Shown in pieces: positions 40,715-51,076 of a stretch of 64,000 nt of DNA. The notes beneath the pieces are model-generated. The model was not told the origin of the DNA, ran no database searches, and worked only from the letters and a program-made list of their open reading frames with translations. Position 1 is the first letter of the stretch. Each line of letters opens with the position of its first letter. The position numbers and the translations under genes were made by a program. The DNA is from Gammaproteobacteria bacterium (lineage in GTDB: Bacteria > Pseudomonadota > Gammaproteobacteria > Eutrophobiales > Eutrophobiaceae): NCBI GenBank assembly GCA_965221695.1, contig OZ244905.1:480001-544000 (forward strand). The letters are read 5' to 3'.

Positions 40715-40737
40715 TGCCAACCAAAGCGAAATGTACC

Positions 40738-43700
40738 ATGAAATATAAACCGCGTAGTTTCCCGATAATATTAGTTTGTATATGGGTCTTCTCTCTATTG
40801 GCTATACCGACAGCATCCTTAGCTGAGAGGCAACGCTATATGTACGCCGATGGACATGGCATCATTTCCAGTTACGATATCAGGAAGTTGGATGTTTCGT
40901 ATAGAGATGTTGTAAAAATTAACATTAGCGAACTTTTCAATGCAAAATTAGATTCCAAACATGCCTCTTACGGTATCAAGGGCAGGGTCAAAAATCCGGG
41001 CAAACCGGATGCAGGTTGGATGGATTTAAAGATATATGCATTTGATCAAAATCTGGGCAAGCATATTATTTATCATGTCAGGTTGGATCACGACAGTCCG
41101 GATCATTTCTCGACCGGCACGCCGCAAACAGAACATATCGAATTATTTGACAAAAAAAAATCCTTCAAGGGAACTGAAATTAAAGAACTCCTGCAGTCGA
41201 TTGAACATTCTTTCACCCTCAATAAAGAAGGCTTCTTACGGCATGTGAGAGAAAGCGCGACACTCAGACAAAATGAGAAGGTGATATCCAAATCTACCGT
41301 TGCAGGGGCAATTATAGGGGGAGCGCTCGGCATAGGTATTGGCACGCTGACTGCGCCAGCAACCGCCGGCGCTTCTTTTGTAGCGATGCCACTTATTGGC
41401 GCCAGTATCGGAGCAAGCATCGGAAAAGGGATTGATCTTACTAATAATACACCTACACTTTTAGATGACTATGTAATTTATACGGGTTTGGATAAGGCAA
41501 ATATTGATGATCTGAACAAGAATTCGAGAATAGTTCCTGTTGGTATGTACCCTGTGCTGGTCGTTCTGGAGATGAAAGATGCCTGGTTTTACGGCGCAAG
41601 AGTACCCGGCATACCGGATGATGCCCTTGATGTTGATGCATTCCTCACGTTGAGCAAAAACCCCGATGCTTCACAAACAGAACATGACCTAACATCAACG
41701 TTTTGGCATAAGGACCCGGGCGTGTTGGATGAACTTGATAAAGAAATAATTTCTGTATCTGAAATCCAATCAGCGCTTACCTCTTCTGACTATAAACACC
41801 CCCCTCGCGTAAAACTGACTGTAAATCCGGGAACTCCAGTGCAAGCTTCCTATACTTATGAACCCGGAGGCCATATTGCCTCGCCACCAACCTTCATAAT
41901 GGGGGATCATATCCTTTTGGAAGTTATTGTTCCAACCTCGGGCAAACCCTTTCAACCCTCAAACCCCCAACATTACCCAAAGCTGAGCGGGTTCCCGTTT
42001 GCGTGGTTGGCATACTTTGGCGGAGAAGCATTGTACCAATGCGAACCTTCCATACAACCTGGTGAATGGCGTCCCTGGTTGGGCTATGATTCTCAGGTGC
42101 ACGGCGCTGCTATTCGCAGTTACCCTAAAGACTTCGATCCGAAATTTAACCCTTGGGTAGTGGATCTGACAAGTCACCCAAAAAAACATGTGGTGTTCAG
42201 GTGGTCAGCCAAGTTGACTCGTCGAATGGACAGTTCCAAGCCTGCATACCATAGCGTATACACTTGGCCAAAACAGAAAACTACGCCTGTTACCCAGCGT
42301 AACAATCAGAAGGAGGGGCTAAACATGGAACTGTTGCGAGCCTGGAAAGATCATACCAAGGCAACTGACTCGGAACCGGACTTTACCGATTATAACGGCA
42401 ACAGGATTTTACCTGGTCTGGATCCGGATGAATTCCTGTTTCTTCGTGATTCTCACCGAAAAATTACGGATAGCATCACGCTCAGTGGCGAACCATGGAA
42501 AACCGTGCCAGACGATGAGGCGGCCAATCCGCTCAATGATATTGTCACCGCTTATAAGAAAAACCGTACCTGGCATGTGGACAGGTTGGATTATCGCGCA
42601 GCGTATGGCGCAAACTATGCTGCCGCAAACTACGAGATTCAGGATCTCGGTACCAGCCCCAAAGCTCCCGATGGCAACGCAACCGGAAATAATACTGCTC
42701 CTGGCGCTTTCACAGTCATACTGCCTTCATTCGTACATGGAGAAAAGAAGATACCGATCAAATTGAATGTCAAAGCTCCCTTGGAACATGACAAAGGATA
42801 TTATGGAAATATCGAAGCCAAAATACACCCAGCTTCCTGGGAGAGGGGGCTGTCTTATACTGTAACTGGCCTACACGGCGCTGAGATAGACAGGTACGCA
42901 GTATCTTTCATCTACGAAGACTCTTTAGGTATACGCCGGTATTCGTCATATTTCCTTAGCAACGAACCCAAAAAGGTCAAACAAGACGCAATAAGAAAGG
43001 GCAAATGGTTGATCACGATACCCGGCCTGCTTGGTTACGGTTACTACACGATTAATTTATGGCATAAGAATCCACGCTATAAAGATTCATGGACTCGGAT
43101 TGGCGGCAAAGAACTGCTGGATATCAATTTACGCTTTCTCAGTGTGCCTGGCCGCACAATCGGCGGCGAACGCTATCCAGGCGGCGCTGATTTAAAGGAG
43201 TCGCCAGGGGATGGCGCCTATATCTACGTCGATGATTACCGGGATAAGAAAAGTGACGGCTTTATGAAATCCAAACTGCATCGCTACTGGCGCAACTATG
43301 TGCGCACGTATGTCTTCGAAACATATGAAACCAGCACTTTTGAGATTCTGGACGCCGACCCGCATACGTTTACCCATCGGGGGACCGAGTGGTATCTATC
43401 CGCCCGAACGCAAGCCAAGCGGATTACTGATGCGGAACTGGAAGACAGAATACGTTTTTACGTCGACCCTGTTGATGAGCACGGCAATGTGGAAGAAGAC
43501 TACATCATTGAAGGAACCGGAAAAAAGTTCACCAAATCATGGCATTACGCCGGAACCTATCAACTTAAGGCGGTATACAATGGCACATCTTCCATCTCAC
43601 ATCGGATCGTAGTGGTGGATCCCGGGAAGCGCAATTCCACTAGCGATAAAGGGGATATCAGTTACCGTAAACTACATTATCAGGAAATAGATTGGCTGAA

Positions 43701-44544
43701 GTACAACAAGGTGGACCTTGGCAGCGGCTCAAAAAATGAGATCAGAAACCGTTGGCTGCTGTTCTCAATTGATAACATCAACAGTTTGTATCGCTACAGA
43801 ACCGGGCCCCGAGTAAACACAGGCAACCAGGTTAACCGTTTTCATCCGGGCAATGATTATGCCGACAGCTATCGATGGAACTTTTACTATCTTAAGAATA
43901 GTGGTGACGAAACAAACGCCAGTCATAGAGATGTTGCGCCTCACGGTCTGAAAGAATTACTGGCTGATAAGAGGAGCGCTCTTGATGGAGTAGCCTGGTT
44001 TCCCCGTAACCTGGTTCGGCATACTTCTGAGAAAAATGCGCAGGGCATACCTATGCCTAATGACCTCTCCAAAAAGAAAATAAGTCATTTCTCCAGCCTG
44101 TCACAAGATCAGAAGAAGCGTATTATTAATCTCTTTACCAAGGATCTTCCCGAGCCTTGGCAAGTGCGTCTGCCGTGGATATCATTTGTCAAAGATCCTA
44201 GCCCCTGGAAGGATCATGCGGACACCTGGCATTATCGCACTCGCACCAACATCAAAGTGATCTATGATATGAACGCCTTCTTTGATAATAACCACGGCGC
44301 TTTCAGTGGCAATCCGCCGGATATAACCGGTGGCGATGATAGTTATGAAAACCTGCTGAAACGAGGAATTTATCTGAATCTTATGAGTGATGAGATAAAA
44401 AATCGCCGTTCATTCTTCCAGAAATTGTTGAAAGCGCGGTATATTATCGCGCCTTCCAACAGTATAAATGGCGGTTATCAGGGCGTGCAGGTATATAATC
44501 TGAAAGATTCCGATACTATCATCGCCGAGAGGTTATTTCATTAA
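40738..44544 (+). CDS. Large exported protein of unknown function (~1270 aa)
   Basis: Long uninterrupted ORF with Sec-like signal MKYKPRSFPIILVCIWVFSLLAIPTASLA, a Gly-rich hydrophobic segment and a possible PKD-like motif (SWHYAGTYQLKA). No family recognised. Confidence 0.8.
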   Translation: MKYKPRSFPIILVCIWVFSLLAIPTASLAERQRYMYADGHGIISSYDIRKLDVSYRDVVKINISELFNAKLDSKHASYGIKGRVKNPGKPDAGWMDLKIYAFDQNLGKHIIYHVRLDHDSPDHFSTGTPQTEHIELFDKKKSFKGTEIKELLQSIEHSFTLNKEGFLRHVRESATLRQNEKVISKSTVAGAIIGGALGIGIGTLTAPATAGASFVAMPLIGASIGASIGKGIDLTNNTPTLLDDYVIYTGLDKANIDDLNKNSRIVPVGMYPVLVVLEMKDAWFYGARVPGIPDDALDVDAFLTLSKNPDASQTEHDLTSTFWHKDPGVLDELDKEIISVSEIQSALTSSDYKHPPRVKLTVNPGTPVQASYTYEPGGHIASPPTFIMGDHILLEVIVPTSGKPFQPSNPQHYPKLSGFPFAWLAYFGGEALYQCEPSIQPGEWRPWLGYDSQVHGAAIRSYPKDFDPKFNPWVVDLTSHPKKHVVFRWSAKLTRRMDSSKPAYHSVYTWPKQKTTPVTQRNNQKEGLNMELLRAWKDHTKATDSEPDFTDYNGNRILPGLDPDEFLFLRDSHRKITDSITLSGEPWKTVPDDEAANPLNDIVTAYKKNRTWHVDRLDYRAAYGANYAAANYEIQDLGTSPKAPDGNATGNNTAPGAFTVILPSFVHGEKKIPIKLNVKAPLEHDKGYYGNIEAKIHPASWERGLSYTVTGLHGAEIDRYAVSFIYEDSLGIRRYSSYFLSNEPKKVKQDAIRKGKWLITIPGLLGYGYYTINLWHKNPRYKDSWTRIGGKELLDINLRFLSVPGRTIGGERYPGGADLKESPGDGAYIYVDDYRDKKSDGFMKSKLHRYWRNYVRTYVFETYETSTFEILDADPHTFTHRGTEWYLSARTQAKRITDAELEDRIRFYVDPVDEHGNVEEDYIIEGTGKKFTKSWHYAGTYQLKAVYNGTSSISHRIVVVDPGKRNSTSDKGDISYRKLHYQEIDWLKYNKVDLGSGSKNEIRNRWLLFSIDNINSLYRYRTGPRVNTGNQVNRFHPGNDYADSYRWNFYYLKNSGDETNASHRDVAPHGLKELLADKRSALDGVAWFPRNLVRHTSEKNAQGIPMPNDLSKKKISHFSSLSQDQKKRIINLFTKDLPEPWQVRLPWISFVKDPSPWKDHADTWHYRTRTNIKVIYDMNAFFDNNHGAFSGNPPDITGGDDSYENLLKRGIYLNLMSDEIKNRRSFFQKLLKARYIIAPSNSINGGYQGVQVYNLKDSDTIIAERLFH

Positions 44545-44703
44545 AGAAACTCTGAACAAGTCCATCCTGGACTTGTCAGAGTACGGAAAACAAAAATGCG
44601 ATTTTTGTTTTCCTCACAATATCAATGCCTTACAGTCATTGATATTGACGATACATCCTTGTATCGCAGGAACCTTTGAGAGGCTTAATCAGAGGTTCCT
44701 TAA
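44541..44703 (-). mobile_element. Full-length MITE, reverse orientation
   Basis: Near reverse complement of 9898-10053, bounded by TTAA at both ends. Confidence 0.85.
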
Positions 44704-45608
44704 AGGAGCTTCATAGGCGGCCTGAAGCGCCGAAAATAATGAGCAGGCAAACCGGCAACGCCAAGCCGGTAAACGAACACATCGCCGGCATAAGGTTCAT
44801 CCGCTAATTGAGATTCGTTCAGCCCTTGTTTTGCCGTGGTGATGAACAGCCAATCATAATCCTTACCGCCGAACGTAACACAGGTAGGCTGGCTGACCGG
44901 CAGATCCAAGATGTAATCAACGGCGCCGTTCGGTGTATAACGCACAACACGCCCGGCGCCCCAATGCGCGCTCCAGAGACATCCTGTGTTATCCACCTCG
45001 GCGCCGTCCGGTTCTGCGCCGTTTTCCGTTTCGGCAAACACGGATCGCTTGCCCGGACTACCGGCAACCGGATCGAACTCATAGCGGTAAATTACCCGGC
45101 GCGCGGAATCGGCAAAATACATGAGCGATGCATCCGGACTCCAGCAAAGTCCGTTGGCAATACCCACGCCACTTACATGCTTACGAGTTTGCAGCTCTTG
45201 GTCGAGACTATATAGACTCCCACCCCGTCCCACAGCAGGGTCGCCCGCCTCCACCATAGTCCCTGCCCAGAAACGGCCCTGGCGATCGACTTTACCATCA
45301 TTAAAACGTGTCCCTGCTGGCATTATGTCCGTACGGCGGATCCGCGCGACCGCCTGCGAAGGATAGTGAAACCAGGCAAAACCACTTTCAAAAGCTACAA
45401 TCAGTGTCGTCTTATCTCCAGTAAAACCGAATGAACACAGACGTTCAGGCGTGGGATAGGAAGACAACCGCGCAGTCGGCAGGTGCATGGAATAAAACAG
45501 GCAGGACTGTATATCGGTCCAACACAAGGTTTCTGTTTCAGTTTGCCACTGCACGCCCTCGCCAAGAATATTTCCCGTTTTGATGATAGTGATGAGTTCT
45601 GATTTCAT
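44700..45608 (-). CDS. SMP-30/gluconolactonase family sugar lactonase
   Basis: LGEG, RFNDGKVDRQGRFWAGTM, NGLCWSPD, PDGAEVD and PTCVTFGG motifs. Confidence 0.92.
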   Translation of the reverse strand: MKSELITIIKTGNILGEGVQWQTETETLCWTDIQSCLFYSMHLPTARLSSYPTPERLCSFGFTGDKTTLIVAFESGFAWFHYPSQAVARIRRTDIMPAGTRFNDGKVDRQGRFWAGTMVEAGDPAVGRGGSLYSLDQELQTRKHVSGVGIANGLCWSPDASLMYFADSARRVIYRYEFDPVAGSPGKRSVFAETENGAEPDGAEVDNTGCLWSAHWGAGRVVRYTPNGAVDYILDLPVSQPTCVTFGGKDYDWLFITTAKQGLNESQLADEPYAGDVFVYRLGVAGLPAHYFRRFRPPMKLL

Positions 45609-45627
45609 CGATATAGCATTTTTTTTA

Positions 45628-45656
45628 TTGACTACTTATAATAATATAAATATTAT
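45628..45656 (+). promoter_or_regulatory. Sigma70-like promoter of the SDR-dehydratase-GH53-SSS operon
   Basis: TTGACT-17 bp-TATTAT. The spacer contains the TATAATAATATAAA motif. Confidence 0.6.
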
Positions 45657-45698
45657 AAATATATCAAAACAATCATCTCATTTTTATAGGCATTTAGC

Positions 45699-46496
45699 AT
45701 GACAATCAACGGTTCAGATATTCCATTTGACAACGGCTCGCCGCTGTATCCAGACCTGTTAGACGTATCGGTATTCATTACTGGTGGTGGTTCCGGGATT
45801 GGCGCAGCGTTTACCCGCGCCTTCGCGTTGCAAGGCGCTAAAGTAGGATTTGTATCGATGCGCACAGGTCCTGCCGGCAAACTTTGTGACGAGATTGAGC
45901 GGGAGACAGATCGGCGTCCGATATTTATCCAATGTGATATTCGCGAGATCGATGCGTTACGCAAGGCAATCTGCAATGTGCGTTCAAAACATGGCCCTAT
46001 ACAGGTGTTGATTAACAATGCTGCCCGCGATACCCGCCACGCAGTTGATAAATTCACCGTAGAAGAATGGGACGATACATTAAACACCAACCTCAGACCG
46101 TATTTTTTTTCAGCACAAGCCATACTCGATGATATGAAAGCGCGCGGCCAGGGAAGTATCATCAATCTTGGATCAAATTGCGCAGAACTGGGCCTTACCG
46201 GTTACCCCGCATATGTTACCGCAAAAGCCGCAATTAAAGGAATGACTAAAGCGTTAGCTCGTGAGTTGGGCGCAGATAACATCCGCATCAACGCGTTGGC
46301 GCCTGGTTGGGTGATAACGGAACGCCAGAAAAAGATGTGGGTTACCGAACAAGCGCTTGAGGAATGCCTTAAGGAACAGTGTCTTAAATCGGTAATCAGC
46401 GAAGAGGATATTGCCAATGTTGCTTTGTTTCTCGCTTCCAATGCCTCGGCGATGATCACCGGACAGACTATTATCGTTGACGGCGGTCGGGTATGA
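45699..46496 (+). CDS. SDR aldose 1-dehydrogenase (galactose/xylose dehydrogenase-like)
   Basis: YPDL...VFITGGGSGIG, NNAARD.RH, Y.TAK and PGWV.TERQ resemble Caulobacter XylB-type enzymes. Confidence 0.85.
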   Translation: MTINGSDIPFDNGSPLYPDLLDVSVFITGGGSGIGAAFTRAFALQGAKVGFVSMRTGPAGKLCDEIERETDRRPIFIQCDIREIDALRKAICNVRSKHGPIQVLINNAARDTRHAVDKFTVEEWDDTLNTNLRPYFFSAQAILDDMKARGQGSIINLGSNCAELGLTGYPAYVTAKAAIKGMTKALARELGADNIRINALAPGWVITERQKKMWVTEQALEECLKEQCLKSVISEEDIANVALFLASNASAMITGQTIIVDGGRV

Positions 46497-48271
46497 AGAA
46501 AGCCAGACCGCAGCGACTGAGAAGCGCAGATTGGTTCAATAACCCGGCAGACCCGGGCATGACCGCGTTGTATCTGGAACGCTATTTAAACTTCGGGTTA
46601 ACCTTGGAAGAACTACAGTCCGACCGTCCGGTTATAGGTATCGCCCAAACTGGTTCTGATCTCGCGCCATGCAATCGCCATCACCTGGAACTCGCCGTTC
46701 GTATCAAGGAGGGTATTCGAGATGCCGGTGGGATCCCGATGGAATTTCCACTGCACCCCATACAGGAAACCGGCCGCCGGCCGACCGCATCGCTTGATCG
46801 CAACCTGCAGTGTCTGGGCTTGATAGAGGTATTGCATGGCTATCCCCTGGACGGCGTTGTGTTGACCACGGGTTGCGATAAAACGGCCGCCGCCTTGTTG
46901 ATGGGCGCAGCTAGTGTGAATATCCCCGCTATCGGTTTCTCGGTAGGTCCCATGTTGAATGGAAGATACCTTGGAAAATGCGTCGGTTCCGGCGCCGCCA
47001 TTTGGGATGCGCGCCAGAAATTGTCCGATGGGAAAATAGATCATAAGACTTTCCTGGATATAGCGGTCAGTTCTGCACCTTCTGTTGGTCACTGTAATAC
47101 CATGGGCACCGCGTTGACTATGAACTGCTTGATCGAAGCATTGGGTATGGCATTGCCTGGCTCTGCGACAATCCCAGCGCCTTATCGCGAACGTCAGCAA
47201 GCCGCCTACCATACCGGTAAGCGCATTGTGGATATGGTATGGGAGGATTTGACGCCCGGTAAAATTTTAACCAACAGAGCTTTCTACAACGCTATCGTGG
47301 TTTGCGCGGCGATTGGCGGTTCCACCAATGCGCCCATCCATATCAATGCAATAGCCGCTCATGCCGGCATCCGGCTGACGCTGGAGGACTGGCAGGAACA
47401 GGGGCAATCCATCCCACAATTGGTCAACTGCCAACCGGTCGGTGAATATTTATCTGAAGAGTTTCACCAGGCGGGTGGCGTAGCGGCGGTCATTAGCGAT
47501 TTGCTTCAGGCGGGTCTGCTCAATAAAGATGAATTGACGGTCACCGGCAAGACTATTGATGAGAATTACCGCTTAACCGGAATTATCGATCCCGAAGTGA
47601 TCAAAACCGTGTCCAGTCCGGTCAGAGAGGCGGCAGGCTTTACAGTCATGAGCGGAAACCTGTTCGATACGGCAATCATGAAAACAGCGGCCATCAATGA
47701 AGAATTTGCTCATAAATATATATCCACCGATGACCATCCCAATGTTTTTACCGGTGTCGCCGTGGTGTTCGACGGGCCTGAAGATTACCGTCATCGCATC
47801 AACGACCCGACATTAAATATCAATGAAGAAAGCATCCTGGTAATGCGCGGCGCCGGTCCTATCGCTTATCCGGGTTCTGCTGAAGTCGTAAATATGCAAC
47901 CCCCCGATGCATTGATAAAAAAAGGTGTGCTCGCCTTGCCAACCCTGGGTGACGGGCGACAAAGCGGCACCTCTTCGGCGCCATCGATTTTGAATGCATG
48001 TCCGGAGGCCGCTGCCGGCGGCAACATGGCAATTTTGAAAACGGGCGACCGGATTCGTATTGACTGGCTTGGCAGACGGGTCGATGTATTGCTCACAGAG
48101 CAGGAAATCGCTCAACGCAAAGAACATCTGAGATTCGAAATGCCTGAAAATCAAACCTGGTGGCAACAGATTTACCGGGAACGCGTCACTCAGCTCAGTG
48201 AAGGCGCGACTTTCAAAGGCCTGACTTCTTTCCATAATATTCGTGAACACAAGCCACGACACTCACATTGA
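46493..48271 (+). CDS. IlvD/Edd-family sugar-acid dehydratase (galactonate/xylonate type)
   Basis: MTALYLERYLN, GSDL.PCNRHH, GCDKT, CNTMGTA, GGSTNA and GDGRQSGTS motifs. Confidence 0.92.
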   Translation: MKKARPQRLRSADWFNNPADPGMTALYLERYLNFGLTLEELQSDRPVIGIAQTGSDLAPCNRHHLELAVRIKEGIRDAGGIPMEFPLHPIQETGRRPTASLDRNLQCLGLIEVLHGYPLDGVVLTTGCDKTAAALLMGAASVNIPAIGFSVGPMLNGRYLGKCVGSGAAIWDARQKLSDGKIDHKTFLDIAVSSAPSVGHCNTMGTALTMNCLIEALGMALPGSATIPAPYRERQQAAYHTGKRIVDMVWEDLTPGKILTNRAFYNAIVVCAAIGGSTNAPIHINAIAAHAGIRLTLEDWQEQGQSIPQLVNCQPVGEYLSEEFHQAGGVAAVISDLLQAGLLNKDELTVTGKTIDENYRLTGIIDPEVIKTVSSPVREAAGFTVMSGNLFDTAIMKTAAINEEFAHKYISTDDHPNVFTGVAVVFDGPEDYRHRINDPTLNINEESILVMRGAGPIAYPGSAEVVNMQPPDALIKKGVLALPTLGDGRQSGTSSAPSILNACPEAAAGGNMAILKTGDRIRIDWLGRRVDVLLTEQEIAQRKEHLRFEMPENQTWWQQIYRERVTQLSEGATFKGLTSFHNIREHKPRHSH

Positions 48272-48287
48272 AACAGGGGTGTAACCA

Positions 48288-49478
48288 ATGGTTAAAACAA
48301 TCACAATGAGACCCTGCAAGCAAAAAATACCGGTTCTGATCTCTTTGCCCATTGCGCTGTTATTATCCGGAGTGGACGATACTTCTCTGGCGACGGAAGT
48401 GTCCGCTGAAAAGATATGGCGAGGCGTTGATGTGTCCTATATCAATGAGTTGGAGGACTGTGGCGCCGTATACCGTGTGAACGGACAACGCCGTGATCCG
48501 TATACAATACTTGCAGAGAAAGGCGCCAACGTTGCTCGTTTGCGCCTTTTGCACACCCCGGACTGGACAAGCTACAACACACTGGCGGATGTAACCCGGA
48601 GCGCCCGTCGAGCCAGAGAAAACAACATGAAGATTGTACTGGCTTTTCATTACTCGGATGATTGGGCTGATCCGAACAAGCAACAAATACCCGCGGCCTG
48701 GGAGAAAGCCGAATCGGTCGAGGAAACAGCAACGCTATTATACGATTATACGTATGCCGCCCTGGTAGCATTGGATAAGGAAGATTTACTTCCGGACTAT
48801 GTGCAGGTGGGCAATGAAATCAATTCCGGCATCGCGCATAAAAACCCGCAACTGGATTCATGGGATAAGAATCCGCAACGCAATATCAGATTGTTGAATG
48901 CCGGCATCGCCGCGGTTAAAGCTGTTGTAGTTGCAGTAGACCGCCCGCTGAAAACCATACTTCACATCGCTCAACCGGAAAACATCGAACAGTGGCTGGA
49001 TAATGCGATAAAACTGGGATTGTCGGACTTTGATCTCATCGGCAGCAGCTATTACTCAAAATGGTCAGATGTCCCCTTGCAGAACGTGGAAACCCTGGTG
49101 CGCAAACTGCGGAACAAGTATAACAAGGACATTGTCATTGTAGAGACCGCTTATATCTGGACGCTGGGCTATAACGACAATGCCCACAATATTCTGGGCG
49201 CGGACACACTGGTCAAAGGCTATGATGCCACCCAGGATGGACAACGCCGCTACCTGATCGATTTGCAACGCGCAGCGCTGAATGGCGGCGGCCTGGGAAT
49301 CACCTACTGGGAACCGGCCTGGATTTCCTCGAGTTGCCAGACCCGTTGGGGGTGGGGTCCCGGATCGCATTGGGAAAATGCCGCGTTGTTTGATTTTAAG
49401 AATTCGGAATTGCACAAAGGCGCTGATTTTCTCAGTCACGACTTCTCAACCACATCCAGGAATAAATCCGAACAATAG
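48288..49478 (+). CDS. GH53 endo-beta-1,4-galactanase, exported
   Basis: GVDVSY..ELEDCG, FHYSD.WADP, VQVGNE, IVETAY and YWEPAW motifs with an N-terminal hydrophobic segment. Confidence 0.9.
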   Translation: MVKTITMRPCKQKIPVLISLPIALLLSGVDDTSLATEVSAEKIWRGVDVSYINELEDCGAVYRVNGQRRDPYTILAEKGANVARLRLLHTPDWTSYNTLADVTRSARRARENNMKIVLAFHYSDDWADPNKQQIPAAWEKAESVEETATLLYDYTYAALVALDKEDLLPDYVQVGNEINSGIAHKNPQLDSWDKNPQRNIRLLNAGIAAVKAVVVAVDRPLKTILHIAQPENIEQWLDNAIKLGLSDFDLIGSSYYSKWSDVPLQNVETLVRKLRNKYNKDIVIVETAYIWTLGYNDNAHNILGADTLVKGYDATQDGQRRYLIDLQRAALNGGGLGITYWEPAWISSSCQTRWGWGPGSHWENAALFDFKNSELHKGADFLSHDFSTTSRNKSEQ

Positions 49479-49492
49479 GGCAACCCGAAGAT

Positions 49493-51076
49493 TTGGGAGA
49501 ATGTCTTGTGGAACTGACCTCTATTGATCTGTTTATCATTATCGCTTACGCCATTGGTATCATCAGCCTGGCTACCTGGGTTTCACGCGAAGAGCGAGGA
49601 CATCAGAAAAACAGCACAGATTATTTTCTCGCCGGTAAAGCGCTGCCCTGGTGGGCGATCGGCGCTTCGCTGATCGCCGCCAATATCTCTGCTGAGCAAA
49701 TCATCGGCATGTCCGGTTCCGGTTACGCGTTGGGCCTGGCCATCGCCTCCTATGAATGGATGTCGGCCATTACCATCATCATCGTCGGCAAATACTTTGT
49801 GCCTATTTTTCTCAAACACAACATCTATACGATGCCGCAATTTCTGGAACAACGCTATGACCACCGTGTGCGAATGGTGCTTGCGGTTTTTTGGCTGGGA
49901 GTTTATGTTTTTGTCAACCTGACTTCTATACTCTGGCTGGGCACACTGGCCATCAATGCCATTACCGGGCTGAATTATTTTTATGGCTTGCTGCTGCTGG
50001 GTGCGCTGGCGCTGGCCTATTCCCTGTACGGTGGTCTGAAGGCGGTTGCATTTACCGATATCATCCAGGTTATCCTGCTGGTATTCGGCGGGTTGATGAT
50101 CTCTTGGCTGTCGCTCACCGCGATTGGCCAGGGAGAAGGTATTGTCGCCGGCTTTCGGCAACTCGTTGCCGCGGCGCCTGAAAAGTTCGACCTGATATTG
50201 AGTCCGGATAATCCGCACTACATCAGCTTGCCCGGCATCTCGGCGCTGGTCGGCGGGATGTGGATCATGAACCTGTCTTATTGGGGATTTAACCAGTACA
50301 TTATTCAACGGGCGCTGGCGGCGCGCAGTCTGCGCGAAGCGCAACGGGGTATTGTGTTCGCGGCCTTCCTGAAACTGCTCATGCCTATCCTGGTGGTCTT
50401 GCCCGGTATTGCCGCGGTGATACTGGCGCCCGATTTGACGGCGCCGGACCAGGCTTATCCGGAAATGATGAAACTGGCGCCGAACGGTTTGCGCGGGTTG
50501 GTTTTTGCCGCGCTGATCGCAGCCATTCTGTCCTCCATCGGCTCCATGATGAACAGCATTTCCACCATATCAACGCTGGACATCTATCGCCACTTGCAAC
50601 CTAATACTGACGAACGGCGCCTGGTCATCATCGGACGTATCATCGGGGTAACAGCGCTGGCATTGGCCATCGTCTGCGCCGAACCACTATTGGGCAATTT
50701 CGAACAGGCATTTCAGTATATCCAGGAATTCACCGGTTTTTTTACGCCTGGAATCGTGGTGATCTTTTTGCTGGGAATGTTCTGGCGCAGAATGACAGCG
50801 GCGGGCGCCCTCGCCGCAGCCATCAGTTCCGCAGTCTTCTCTTTCCTGTTGAAAATGATCTGGCCCGGCTTGCCGTTTCTTGACCGGGTGGGGCTGGTAT
50901 TTCTTCTGTGCGCTGGCGTTGCGGCATTACTGTCGCTTTATTATTGCGCTGAAGAACGTGAACAGGGCGTTGCTATCGATCATGGCGCGATCAATTACCG
51001 CACCACAACAGGGTTCAATATCGCCTCTATTGGCGTCATTCTGATCCTCGCTGCGCTGTATGCCACCTGGTGGTAG
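49493..51076 (+). CDS. sglT: Sodium:sugar (galactose/glucose) symporter, SSS family
   Basis: DYFLAG..LPWWAIGASLIAANISAEQ..GMSGSG, YGGLKAVA.TD and YWGFNQYIIQRAL motifs. Exact start uncertain. Confidence 0.92.
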   Translation: MGECLVELTSIDLFIIIAYAIGIISLATWVSREERGHQKNSTDYFLAGKALPWWAIGASLIAANISAEQIIGMSGSGYALGLAIASYEWMSAITIIIVGKYFVPIFLKHNIYTMPQFLEQRYDHRVRMVLAVFWLGVYVFVNLTSILWLGTLAINAITGLNYFYGLLLLGALALAYSLYGGLKAVAFTDIIQVILLVFGGLMISWLSLTAIGQGEGIVAGFRQLVAAAPEKFDLILSPDNPHYISLPGISALVGGMWIMNLSYWGFNQYIIQRALAARSLREAQRGIVFAAFLKLLMPILVVLPGIAAVILAPDLTAPDQAYPEMMKLAPNGLRGLVFAALIAAILSSIGSMMNSISTISTLDIYRHLQPNTDERRLVIIGRIIGVTALALAIVCAEPLLGNFEQAFQYIQEFTGFFTPGIVVIFLLGMFWRRMTAAGALAAAISSAVFSFLLKMIWPGLPFLDRVGLVFLLCAGVAALLSLYYCAEEREQGVAIDHGAINYRTTTGFNIASIGVILILAALYATWW

